A DNA stretch of 64,000 nt from Chrysomallon squamiferum (Eukaryota; Animalia; Mollusca), in NCBI GenBank assembly GCA_012295275.1, contig CM022679.1:6448001-6512000 (forward strand), in the 5' to 3' direction. Below are positions 13,334 to 27,600 of this stretch, piece after piece; position 1 is the first letter of the stretch, and every line of letters begins with the position of its first letter. Both the position numbers and the translations under genes were made by a program. The notes beneath the pieces are model-generated. The model was not told the origin of the DNA and ran no database searches. It saw only the letters and a list, made by a program, of their open reading frames with translations.

Positions 13334-16300
13334 TTAAGAGAAGCCTTGGACTGGACTTGGCCTGTCTGGTCGTTTGCGGTACTTGTTGATAACTTGCATG
13401 TACTGACCAATCAAATTAGAGATGTCAGATCCCTGAAAATTAAAAACATAATAAATCAAAACCAAATTACAACAATTCACTCTAAACAGATATTTAACTG
13501 TTTCATAATGTTTAATTTCTGTTGATATAAATACTATTAACAAATAATTACATATGTTTCTGAACTGATAATATAACTAAATGTAAAAAAAACCCCATAA
13601 AAATAAAATAAATAAATTTTATAAACAACTGCTTTTGTTTTTAACATCTACACTATAAGTTTATACTGATTTAAAACATTACCTGTCAATTTATGTTCAG
13701 CTAACATAATTTTGATGTCAGATTCTATTATTTTAATACATACCTGGTCAGTTTCTATTCGTAGAATTTTCTGTACCATGAGGTTTCCAATCTTCATGTC
13801 CAGATAGTTGACATTGTAGTCACTGCGATACCGTCTTGTTGATAGGATTTCACTAAATGGATGATGCAGCAAAGTTTCCTGCAACAAAACATTTAAATAT
13901 AATTTACATTAAAAGTAACTGAAATAATAGAATGTTACAATTCATTTTTTCTTCTATATGAAAATGTTGTTTATATAATCAACTAACCTGTGTTCGTTGT
14001 TTTAGGAACTGAATTCCATTCTTATTGACAGCCAACATAACATCTCTTCCAATGTTTGGAATATTCTGAAATGTGAAACAGTATTTAGTTTTTTATATAT
14101 ATCAGTTAACCAAATTCATATGTCCACTTTAGTTACTGTAAATCATCAATTTAATGCAAATGCATCTACAAGATAATTACATTGTTAATCTAAGGTTTTT
14201 GAAACACTTCTGAAAGCTAATAAATAGTTAGAAATGTGCATCAATATATTTTGTTTTGTTTTGTTTTTTGTCTGTATTTTCAAAATGCATTGATAAAAAT
14301 ATGCTTTTTGTATAATAATATGTAGACATAAAAATAAATAATTTCATGTTTTACTACATGTTAAATTTTTCACTCATTTAACACTTTACCTTGACAAGGA
14401 AGAATGTAGACCCAAATAATGACCATCTTGAAAGAATTTCTGAAAAAAATAAAAAAATAAAAACCAAAAACAATTATTAGCATTTGAAACAATCTACTTG
14501 AAGTGCAAATAAATACTGCCATTAGCTGAAATTCAATTTAAACAAAGTTCTTTTTTGAAATATATAATCATTAATAACAAGTTTTTGGATCTATTTATAA
14601 ATTTCACTTTAATATTACTTATTTTAATCCTATCCACAGAATGCTGATCCTGTTAAATGTTCTTTAATTTAATTAATTTTGTCTGACATAAAAATATGAT
14701 GAAGCTTTTTTTATCTGCTGGTCTGATTTCGTTAAAATTTTATTTATATTACTTTTATTTATTTTTATATATATTTATCCACATTATTCATAAATTTGAC
14801 TTTACCAATGAATTTGGCTCTGCAAGCAATAGGGGGTAGTTGCTTGGTCTCCATCATCTTGTCATGGATTCGATTGAGCCACTGCTGTGGTTTCACCTCT
14901 GGGTGATTGCGTAAAGTGCGTGGAATCAGTATATCAAGATCTTTCCTGAAAGAATATTTAAAACATTTATTTATATGAATAATTTTTGTTTTATGAGACA
15001 AAATTCTCTTAAACATTTTTTAAATAATGTATCAGATGAGAAGAAATGAGAAAGAAGAGAGAAATCAGGAAAAGAAAATAAGCACAGAAATATAATGTAA
15101 TACGAAAGCTAGTTAACATTACAGAGTTTGAACAAAAGAAACTGTAACAAACAATAATTTTAATATTAGCAAAGAAAATAATAAAACATTTGAAAAGTAG
15201 TTTTAACTAAGAATAGAAAGTTAATGTATTTATCACAGTGTTTTTCATTTTTTAACCATCTTAAAATTAACATCCTTTTTTTCTTCTTAAAAATGATTTT
15301 CTTTAATAATATTGAAAATATAATTTGATATATTTGCCCATATCCCACAAAACAGAGCTTGCATACACTTAAATGTTTATAAATGCTTTAGTAAATGTTT
15401 AAGTTAACTTACAATGTTGGGATACCAACTTGTTCTTGTCCTTTGTACAACATGGCACCCATCAGAGCTATTTCATCCTGTGAAACAGATTTTGTAAATA
15501 TTGATATTCAAAGCCTTCAGAATTTCTATCTGCCACTTATTAAATTGTTTTATATTATATGTGATTTGAAAATAGTTGCAGCATTCAAATAATATTATTT
15601 TGAATTAGGAGACTAATATGAAGTTCTAATACTATAATGAATATCCATTCACAAATATTGTTATTAAACTTTTTTCCATAAATACTACAATTATATTTGG
15701 TGTTTACTTCCTAATCATCTTGGAATTTAAAAAAAGTTAAAAAATTGGTGTGTGTGTGCTGTATTTCTTTGTGTTCATAATTATTAATTTACTGTCATTA
15801 TAAAGAAGACACACCAATCCATTTAATGAGCACAGTCATTAAAGGATATCTATAAATTCTAAAGTTACATTTTTTTATTCTTCAGTTGATGCAAATGATG
15901 CACTACATATCTTTTTATTATAATATGCAGTTCTTATCTGGCCTGAGTATTTAGTCATTCTTTAATCTTGGTATTATCATAATGAGCCCACCTGATGATC
16001 TCTGCTGATAACTCCCTTATTCAGAACCACAAGCAGACCATCTAAGAAATCCAGAATGCACTGTTCAAACATCATATCCACATAGATTTCATTATCCATG
16101 TGTCGAATTGGGAAAAACCAAACTGTGCGCTGGAAAATTAGATCAAATTCCAACTTCTTGCGGACAAACTCAGCAGTCAAATCCAAGATGTATTCCTCAC
16201 GACTTAGTTTGTTGAATTTTCCATCGCCTGAAACAGATGTTGGTAAGTAAAGGAGGATAAATCACCTTATTTGACAAATTCAAATATTTAAATATTAAAT

Positions 16301-19287
16301 AAGTAAATACAGTTTATAATATTAGTTCCACAATAAGTGGTTCAAAAATTATGTTTATTTTTTTAATGTTCTTTAGCAAAAATGTATTACACCCTGGCAG
16401 GAAACAATGATAAGATGGAAGTATGTAAGACAGAGACTAACTTGAGGAAAGGTCCATCTGATTAATTATACAAATACTGAACATTTTATTTGTAGGTTTT
16501 AAACTTACGAGTTCTGATAAAAAGTGTGTACTCATCCATTTCAATTGTGTCATCAATATTCAGGTCTTGGCAGACGTCAAATATTGCATCTAGCACGATC
16601 TAAAGAAAATACAATACAAAATTACAAAATAATAATATTTAAAATTGAATGTATTTTATTACTAATATATGTGAAGAAAATAACAGTAAGTTAAATAAAA
16701 GATCAAAGAAACTAATACGTTTTGTGATTATAAAAATATATATATATTTTTTTTGTAATAAGTTTAATTTCTCAATTATTCCTTCTTTAAATAGTTTTGT
16801 AAATGACCATTGTGTGTTTATTATATTTCATTTAACTAACTAAAAATGAATTTGACTAAGCATTAATAGCTAAAATTAAATAATATTTCATTAAGAATTA
16901 CAGTAATAATATTTTCATACTTTTTACAATAACCAAAAAAAAATAAAACAATGTTAAATAAAATAAAACTTACAGTACACGACTTGACTTGCAACATTCC
17001 ACCACGGGAGTCTGACCCACTGTAGATGAATGGGAAACGCTTACATGTTCGACCATCCTGTAGAAGTATATATACCAGCTTATTATATGTATTTCTAACT
17101 AAAATGCTATCTAAACTAAGAAAAATAAACTGTAAAAAAATATTATATGCAGATCTTGGGATTGTTGCTGGTATATGTAACCCAACTAGATTTTGTACTC
17201 AAAAAGGGTTTATTTCTTTTCAGCCATGTTCATTACTTGTATAATTGTAAAGAAAGTATAAACAACACAAATCTTAATAACAGAACAAATACTTTTTGAC
17301 TTTTCACTTACTGCTAGTGCCTGTACTTCTTCTCTCAGTGGAACATTTTTTCTTCCTCCATACTTGAAGGTCTTTCTCAGATTCTGAACAACCAAAGATG
17401 CTGATTCTAAAAGAAAATATTAAACACCACATATAAATATAATAAGGAATGAAAGTTAATTAGTATTTATCAACAGTAACAAATATTTACATACATATGA
17501 AGACATTTGATCCGTTTTTGGTTTAATTTAATGAAATATATTTTTCATCTTTCCTCAAAACATTTATTTTCATAATTTTAATATTATAAAAATAATATAT
17601 CCAATAAGAAACAAAAAGAGAAAAAGATAGAATCGACCAAAGTTTTCTGGTTTACAGTATATAAGCTTGTTATATACTCACGACTGAATGTTCTGGTGGT
17701 GTCCATGGCTGTTGTTTCAAGCAGTTTGAACAGATAGGGTCGCAGAGTGTCAGAGCAGTCACAGAAAGCTGCCACCAGTGCAAACAGTCTCCACCCTCGG
17801 ATAGCACTCTTCCTGTAAAAACAATAAAAATCATAGTCATTTACTCACAGCAGTCTTAGTCATTATACTCAGGACAATGTTAGTGCTTTTTATAAATCAG
17901 AGATTATTTATAAGTTAACTGTCTTAATTGCATTATTGTAATGTATTAAAATTATTATCCTATTCCAAACTAAATGAAACCTCTGAAATATATTATTATT
18001 ATTATTATTAGTAGTAGTAGTAGTAGTATGGAGTAATGAAGGAATAGATTTAGTAGCTTCTATTCAGTGAGCTATTCTCACTGGTTAAGAAGGAAGACAT
18101 TTCTGAATTCACATTAAAATCAATCATCATCAAATGAAAACATTATCTGACATAATTATATCATTATATATTTAACTATAAAAATTTCTCAGTTTTACAC
18201 ACTTACCCTTTCATACTTCTGTTACTTGTAGTTTGCTTACACAGTTGACAGTAAACCTCATCTCTCAACTCTGGGTATTTATGGCAAGCCTGAAAAATAT
18301 TTGTAATTATACAAGGTTTTTATTGATATATTAACAGTATATTCCATAAATAATCAATCCTGAGACTGTAGATGCAGCAAAGGCATTTGTTTGATATTTT
18401 TTAGGATCAATGATTTGAGTAAAATATAGCATAAGCAATATATTTAACAAGTAAATATAACCAATGAGAATCCTTTTTTCAAGGCCTTAATGAGTTTTCA
18501 AAATGGTTTAGATTTTTCAAATAATTAAAAAATATAAATAACCGAATTTCTTTTTTCAAGACCTTAATGAATTTACAAATGCTATAAAAATTATTTTCAA
18601 AAGTGAAAAGATATTTCTAAAATTTTAAAACAAAAGTGACCAAAAAATAATATAAAAAAAAAAAAAAAAAAAAAAAAAAATGTATAAAAGATAAAACATA
18701 CTCTTAGAATTTTCATCACACAGTCATAGTCAGTCTGATTGTGTCGCATTGGGTAGTCTCCCATGAACATCATAATGGCTGAAAAATAATTATCAAAATA
18801 TATTTTTAATAACACTACAGCAATATATTTAGATATAAATTATAATATCAGTTATAATATTTAGAAACATTTTATTATGATATATTTAGAAAATATGTAA
18901 ATATATTTCAAATTAATTTATTAATATATTTAGAGTAAAATATTTAACAACATTTAAAAAAAATTCAGTTCTAAATTTTGAATTTTGTTTAAAAAAAAAA
19001 ATAAGAAAATTAACAATGAAAATCCCCTAAAAACTCCACATAAAACAAAAATTAATCCAGAAATATTATAAAATATATTATAAAATAACATTAATAAATA
19101 ATGTATGATTATACAGGTTTGTGTTTGTAATGTTTTTATTTACATTTGATATTCCTCACAATCTGGTAACTGAAAAATATATCATGTCACTAAAATAAAA
19201 TACTCACAAACAAAACATTCCAAGGCCAGCTTGTTGAGTTCATTTGTTGGAAGTTTGAGTAGAGATGCCTGGATTGGAGACTGGAAA

Positions 19288-19350
<63 letters not shown>

Positions 19351-20036
19351 TGAGTAACAGTTTGAAATAGAAAAAAGATAATGAACTATATTTTGTTTGC
19401 AGTGTATTTCATTAAATTTCTTATCATATTAAAAACATATATTTAATAACAAAACATTTTTTTTTTCATATGCAAGTTAATAATAATGATAATAAATTCT
19501 ATTCATATTTTATTGCTTTCATCATTAATTCAATTATGTTCAAATTTTTATTTCATCTATCAGTTTAACTTTTAACAGTATTTAATTTTTTTAATTTTTT
19601 TTTATCATAACATGACCAATAAAAATATCACTTTAGATATGTAAGTAATAACTGTTATAAATAAACTTATACATACATTATTGAGGGGACTTACAGTAGC
19701 TAGTATGAAAAATTACATGCACTAACAAACTCAGGTATGATGTTCTATAATTTACAGATCTGAATCAAAAACTGAAATAAAAGATTTGGGGCAGAGCTAT
19801 AAGATTATTATTATTTTTTTTTTATATTACATCTTTTTGATACTTACACGAGTCCACTTAATAAGATCAGCTTGCTCTTTCCAAGACCAATCAGAACCTG
19901 CAAACAGACATATATTAAACATTAAAAATTTTAAGATTATTATTTAAACTAATTTGAAATTATTATACAACTTGATAAAAAAGACTAATAATACAATACA
20001 AAAAAAAGATATTATTACTATCACTTTTATTATTAA

Positions 20037-20085
<49 letters not shown>

Positions 20086-21367
20086 AAAGTTTTATATTTT
20101 CTGGTACTCCTTTATTCATTTAATTTGTTAAGATGAATTGTTATTTATATATCTATTATTATAATTTTTAAAATCTTAACTAATGTTAATTTTGTTTTTG
20201 ACAGGAATTTATATATTTTCTTCTAAATATTATTATTATTATTATTATCATAATTTTAATAAGAAAATTAGAAAAGTTCACCTATAAGTTTATTTTAATT
20301 AAAAAAAATGTTGAATCTCAATATCAGTAAATAAATTACTATAAACAAATTTAAAACCCCAAAATATATATATATTGAATTAATAAAAGAAAACCATTTA
20401 CACAAAAACAATAATAAAAACAAAATTGAATGATAAAATTGTAGCAAGAAGCAACGTATTAATCTAATATTATGTTAAAATGTTTTTACTTCTCTTTTTT
20501 TTTTTTTTTTTTTTACAAAATTACAAGTTAAATTTGAATTTATTTATAACTTAACTTCCATAAATATATTTTACCTCTCTTCATCTATTATAAAATACCA
20601 ATTTAAAAACAATTTTTAACAGATAAATATTTTGATATATTAAGAAATAAGTAAGTTAACATATGTTTACTTATGAATTAAGGTTGAAACATACTAAATT
20701 AGATTTAATCAACAGTACTATTATTGGTTCACTTATACTGAATTCAGGATATGTGCATTCTATAGAGACTGAGTCTCTGTATAATGTAACCAAAAAATCT
20801 GTCCAAAATTTTTACTACAATGAAATTATTTTAAAATGAAAAAGCAGAATACATGTAAAAATAATGTAATGTACATAACTACAAATACTATATAACTGGG
20901 ATAATCATATATATATTTAAAAAAATAGGAAAATTTTGTTTACAATGTAGAAATATAATAACTGTCAACATGCACCAAAATGAAAAAAAAAAAAAATGTT
21001 TACAAAAGATTTTGATGTGAATCATAAACAGAAAAAACATGTTAATAATAACTTTATATCAAACAAAATATATCATATATAGGTACATTTACTATTATTA
21101 CTTTTATCTGATTTTTTTAACTTTAAGATTTCCCATTTAAAAAAAAAAAAACTGATACATGAAACAAAAAGGAATTTGTTATGCAAGTGTTACTTTAAGC
21201 ATTTTGTTAATGTATTAATGAGCTGGTAATTTGAGTTATAAATAGATGTTGTACAATGCGCACCATCACCACGATGTTTTGACTGCTGCAGATTATGTAA
21301 CTTGGCACTTTCAATTTTCTTAATTGTTCCTCTGATTGAGCCATCCTCTGCACGCAACATCTCAAAC
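13334..21367 (-). CDS. MYO15: Myosin XV second MyTH4 and C-terminal FERM domain exons
   Basis: Exons 21264-21367 ([16 protein letters not shown]), 19848-19897, 19208-19280 ([10 protein letters not shown]), 18702-18778 (IMMFMGDYP), 18207-18289 ([13 protein letters not shown]), 17682-17812 (RGWRLF), 17312-17406 ([11 protein letters not shown]), 16974-17057, 16509-16599, 15992-16227, 15413-15477, 14806-14945, 14390-14439 (WSLFGSTFF), 13988-14065 ([11 protein letters not shown]), 13744-13878, 13334-13432 (..SPVQGFS*). Confidence 0.93.
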
Positions 21368-21835
21368 CTTTAAAGCAAAGTTACAGCATTGGCCAGGAGT
21401 TAGTCAACATCAGCAGGAAAACCAGACAATGATACATATATATAAAACATACACACTCTCACAAACCCCTGCAGTTACTGAGAAACAGTCATTTCTTTTA
21501 ATCCTTCATGGTCTGTATTATATATAAATCATTTGAATTTTTTTAATTAAATGTTTTTTTCTTACAGCAATGAAAATGTTTAAAATTTATTAGTAGAAAA
21601 ATGGAGAACACTAATTTTCCTCTGCATTTAGATTTATTTTTTTAACTGCAGGGTTTGCTCCAGTAGTGATAAATAAAACAAACTGTATATATTATGTGAC
21701 ACACAAAATGTATATAATTATAATAAATTTCAAGATTTTTTTTTAAACCATTTTTCTTTTGTTGAAAATTCTCTTTGTTTACAAAATGTTCTGATTTGTT
21801 TTAATCATAAATTAAAATAAATTTAAATTAATAGC

Positions 21836-21866
<31 letters not shown>

Positions 21867-24547
21867 CTTGTTACTTTATTTACATATTATCTGTCACATA
21901 ACCATGTGATAACAATAAACTGCTATGTACAAATATCTGAACATTATAATATATAAAAATTACACAAATATATTTATAACTTTTCTTGTAAAAATCAGTA
22001 CAAAAAGATAAATTATAAAAAGCTTAACATATTGCTAAAAAAAATGTTAGAAATTTGTAAATAGCAGTTTATCTATAATTTTGTATTAATTTCCACAAAA
22101 TATTATCTTCATAGCAAACACTCAAAGCGTTAGAGATTTTCTATTTCTGCATAAAATCTTTCAAACCTTGACATGTTACAGTTCATTTAGCTGATAATAA
22201 TAATAAATAAAACAAAAACAAAAATAAATAAAAAAACATGTAAATAAGTATCCAAATCAGATCATTTGTAGTGAAAATAATGAAAAATTGAAGGAAACGA
22301 AACAACTAAAACTAAAAACTGAAGATTTTAGTAAAAAATATATTTTATTATATTATTATTTTATTTTGAAGTTAACAACTGTAACATAACTAAGGTCTAA
22401 ACTGTGCAGAAACAGACTAAAACACCTGCAAAAAGAAAAAGACGGTGTCTCCTATATTGAGTGCTTTGTCTGCTGGTGCAGAATGACTGAAAGCAGAATA
22501 TAATGATGGGATCAGTATGGGTTACACCAATGATTTTCCAAACAACAACCTCCTGTTTACATAACCAAATTTTACCTTCTGTATTTGTCCCTTGGCGTCT
22601 GCAATATTTGCAAAGTAACAATCAATATAAAAACAAAAAAACAAAAAACAAAAACAAAAACAAGAATTAAAAAAAAAATGTTTTACTCTAAATAATAACC
22701 AAATAATTGATAAATAATAATTGATATAAAAACAGAGAAACAAAACATACAGTCAAACAGACTGGAAGAAAAAATGTAAAAATATATATATATATATATA
22801 TAATTATTCATATATGTATTTATATGTATACAAATATATGTATAGAAAGAGCTAAACAGACAAATATATTATCTTTAAAACATAATTTATACACATTTTT
22901 GAAATAACCATAATTCTTGAAAAATTTATAAATAAATAAATAAATAAATAAATATTAAAATAATATAATTTTTTAATTTTTTATGAAGAAGGTGTGAGGT
23001 TGAAAATAAACACACACACATACATAGACACACACACACACATCTACATATATAATAAACACATTTGTTTCTTAGATTAATGACAAAAAAGTTATTTATT
23101 TACTTGTCAACACTTTCTCTGAAGTGTAGCATAGCAAATTCCATCATGGAATATTTGCCATCACTCATGTTGACCACTGTCCCTTGACTGGTTTCACTCT
23201 GGTCATCTCGTCCATCCTATTATATTATCAGATTATTAAATATAGAATTCAGTTACAACAAATTAATGTAACATATGTAAAGTATTTATCATTAGTGTTA
23301 TAGATATGTGTTATTTAAACAAGTGGTATCAACAGTTTCTATATGTTTTTATTATGGAAAGATATGGATGTTATGTTAAAATGAAACTTTTATCAAGTCA
23401 TATTCTACTGGTGTTCATAAAGAGTCAGCAGATACCAATTTAAGCTGTGTAAGTGTACTGTTCTTACCACACTGCATAGGAAAATATTCAAGAGTAATTT
23501 CTCTAGCATAAAAAATTATTAACATTTCATGACAAAATACTATAAAAGAAATAATATATCCTTCATTTTGTTATTTGTTTTTATCTTTATATTAATTTCT
23601 AAAAATTATTAAAGGATGGAAAAGCAAAGAAAAAATAATAAATTGCATATCAACAAAAAAAAAGAAAGAAAAGCGAAACACTTACTCTGCTTGGAGGTCT
23701 AGCCAAATGGACCTAAAAGAAATTAAGATGGTAAAAGCTACTAATATAATAACATGCTAGGAATGACCTTTTTGACAGATAAGATATAAATCACAAGAAA
23801 ATAAGTATATTATCCATTTAATTTGTGGATATAAGGATTGTATGTATTAAAATATACTAACTGGCAAAACAGACTTTAGCAAACAATAATTTCATTACCA
23901 GTAAAGAAAACTGACATATTTGAAACAAATTTTAAATAAATGTGCACATATGAAAATAGATACAAAATAAAACTGAAACATACTTCTCTGTTAAATTCAT
24001 TTTCAAAACTTTTCATTTTCTTTCCAAGTATCAAAAGTATAGTTTTGAAATTTAAAAATGTTCTGTTTTGCCACTGGGTGTAAAAAGCAAATACTTAAAT
24101 AAAAACGTAATGAAATGTTACTACTTTGGAGGAAAGGGAAAACAGTTTGCTAAAAATCACAGCACACACCTTCATGTTTGTGGTTTCTATCTCATGTCTG
24201 GCTAATGGTTTCACATACTCAGCTGGGAACAATCCGACCTTGCCATTCAATGATCCATACAGCCATCCTGTAAAACAAACATTAAAAAGTTTATATGCAT
24301 AATGTTTTATATGATCACCTATTAGATGACTTGGTACAAGAACAGAATAACAATTTAGACAATCTTTGGATATATCTTTCATATATATATATGTATATTA
24401 AATGCATAAAGATCATAGATTTCATTTAGGAAAGACATTTCAAACCAACTGCATTTTTTTTGGGGGGGGTTTCTGAAGTTCATTTATTCAAATATCAACT
24501 GAAATCACATTATTTTATTTTCTGTTTGGAAAATAAATATATTCCAC

Positions 24548-24617
<70 letters not shown>

Positions 24618-27600
24618 CAACAATAATAATAAAGGAATTAAAAAATTATTACAAATATACATAGAGACATACAATTTTAAATTCTGTCTTACCATTGTCC
24701 AAATCCATTTCTGTTTCCACCAGTTTTATGATATCACCAGTGCGGAAACTAAGAAGAGTAGACTCACGAGTGACATAATCCTTAGTGGCCACTACATATT
24801 TGTTACCCTGGAAACAAAATAAAATTTAAAATCAGAACAACAGACATTTCACAGTCACTTTAATATAAAGCAGGAGAGTCATTTATGTCTATTTATTGTC
24901 ATATAAAGCAAATTTGAAAAAAAAATTAACTGATAAAAAATTGCCTTTATCTTGAAGTATTTTGATAGTATCTTTTTAAAAGCTGAAAAAATGTTTTAAA
25001 AAATAAAATAACTGGTCAGATAAAGCTGGTTACTCGTTTGTTACAACTCTTGAATGCATGTAAAGGTACACCCAAAAGAGCATGAATATTCTTAAGAAAT
25101 ATTCCTTCAACTGCACCAACTGTCTATCTGGATCAATGCACAAAAAACCAAAAATGTTTACATATTAGTTGATGTCTTAAATAGTTTTTAGGCTGTTAGT
25201 TAGAAAGGGGTAAGTGTCTTACAGATTTGATGTATGATTCTATTTCATGTTCTATTGACTGTTTATGTTATCTTACTTACTCTTTCACTCTCTGAACAGA
25301 ATTTGTCAACCATGTCTTTTAAGTGTTGAGCCTGTTGGAATTAAAAATATTAAAATGTAATAAAATCAAGAAATAATTAAAAATAATATTAACATTTCAA
25401 TTAAAAATGACAAATACTTTAATTTGACATAACATAAATACTTCAGTATAATTTATAATCATGAAAACAAAAATTAAAAACAATATAAACATTTAAGTTA
25501 AACATGATAAATATTTTAAATGTACATACATGTGGTGTGTAAAAAACCACAGACTTGGTTTTCAGATGTAGTTCAAGTACTGTAGTGGTCAGCAGGTTGC
25601 AGTTCACAACATCAACAAATCTGCAATTCAAAATAAACTTTCATCATATATTAAAGAAAAAGGAAAACAAAGATTACTTCTGTTTGAATATTTCAATTAT
25701 TATATTCTCAATGACAAATCTCAATGACCCCACAAAAACAACCCCATATATTTCCTTCAAACATTAAAACACCTTGTTATATACCCAAACAAATCTGTAC
25801 ACACACACACACGCACACACACTCACTCACACACACACACACATACTCACATGCTCACACATACAGACAGACACATACAAATGCATGCATGCATCCAGAC
25901 TCACACACACACACACACACAGACAACAGAAAGAAAAAAAACATATATATTTACCGTATTTCCTCTGATACAGAAAGGAAATCATCAACAATACTCTTTT
26001 CCCTGGTGACCATACGAAGTCCAGTGTGGCTAACACCAAAGTATTTTACTGTAGCATACTGGCCATTTGACTGAAAAATAAAACAATGCAAATTTTCCTT
26101 AAATATATTTTTTGTTAATATTCTTTATCATACATATAAATTATTACAGAATTTTATATTATTAAAAATACAAGATATTTTGTTAATTAAAATAATGTTA
26201 AAAATTCATAGTTAAGCTTTGCAGGAAATAGAAGAAAATTATTTCAGTATGTCTTGCTGATAATTTGACAAGGAGTCAGAATATGTTTGTTATATGACTT
26301 TGATCAATGTTGCTGGATTAGTAATAAAAAGTGCCTGTATAACTTTTGTACAAATATTGTTTTTGATTCAAGCAATAAAACCAGGAAATCCAAAGATATT
26401 TTTACCGCTACTGGAAAGAGCCTGCAAAAGTAAGTTGGCCATTCTTTGGCTGTGTCAACAATGATTCTCTTCACTTTGGTGCTCAGGTCCTGAACAAGGA
26501 AATTTTCTCTATTCACTCCATATCCCTCTGAAACAAAAATATGTTTTTGGAAAATTGTAAATGAATTTTTTATTTATAAATGAATATTCATCTTTTACTT
26601 AATAATTATGTAAAAAAAAGAAAAAAACAGTGAAGTATACTTGTATGTCTGACAGGGATTTATTCAAATGTAGGGACTTAAGAAATATTGAAGTTTTAAC
26701 TAAAGACACACACACACACACAGAAAGAGAGAGAGATAGAGAGAAAAGCTATGTTTTTATTCTTAATAAACTGCTACTATTCTATTCTCACCCAAAGTTC
26801 CTTTCATTTTTATTCTTTCCTCTTTGCTAAGACGAATGCAGCCATTGTTGTAGACATCTTGAACAATCTGACAGTAAATGAGATGAAGAGCCAAAGGTTT
26901 CTCTAGTTTCTCAGCAGGCCAGAAAACCTGAACATAAAAATTTTATTACTTAGTAAATCTTTACAAATAAACATTAAATTTGAAAGTTGTGTATAAAAAA
27001 CATTTTTATTTTCTATTTGAAATTTAAAAAGTGAAATACAAGCACAATAAAACAAAAACAAAACAAAATAAAATTTATATATAATACTATCATATTTGTG
27101 TCTTTATGAACAAATACTCAATCTGTAACTAGTAAATTTAACATAGTTTGTGTTGTATCAATATGTATGGATACTGTAGTACTGTTTATAATGGTGAGCT
27201 ATGTATATTTCATAACCTTTGAGAAATAAATATGATCTACTTGTATATATTGTAATATATAAAATTTTATATATACCTATATACTAATATTTTGGTAAAT
27301 ATATATTACTTATGTATATTTTTATGAATACATTATACTTCTGTACATCTTTGAAAATACTTATGTATATTTAGGTAAATAAATACTACTTGTACTTACT
27401 TTGGTATATAAACAGTACTTATGTTTATTTTGGTAAATGTTACTAATGTAAAGCTTTGTAATGAATTTTTAAAACAATTTTGAGGTTTTATTTTTTGCTG
27501 ACCTCTTTTCTGATCTGCAGAACCCATGGAACTTTATGATACATGAGAAAGAAAGTTTTGTTTTGTGGATACAGTTCAGTGATTGCTTTCTCAAAGGCTG

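Noticed and set aside
16390-16460. GC-richer intronic island as a candidate exon
   Set aside because: Available donors do not preserve the phase-1 host intron and the acceptor is poor.
20575-20584. 10-nt AG...GT-bounded microexon ATGAAGAGAG
   Set aside because: It breaks the frame after either supported upstream exon and has no other support.
22427-22487. Possible third alternative exon after ctttcag ([11 protein letters not shown]...)
   Set aside because: No GT donor gives the required phase-1 exit. It would need the doubtful 10-nt exon at 20575-20584, and the region is better explained as an RNA-pairing element.
24460-24822. Poly-Asn and poly-Leu ORFs (also poly-Ile ORFs at 7110, 19954, 59783)
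   Set aside because: Artefacts of (AAT)n microsatellites or antisense to myosin exons.
25724-26074. His/Thr-repeat ORFs
   Set aside because: Translation of (CA)n repeats overlapping the antisense of a myosin exon.
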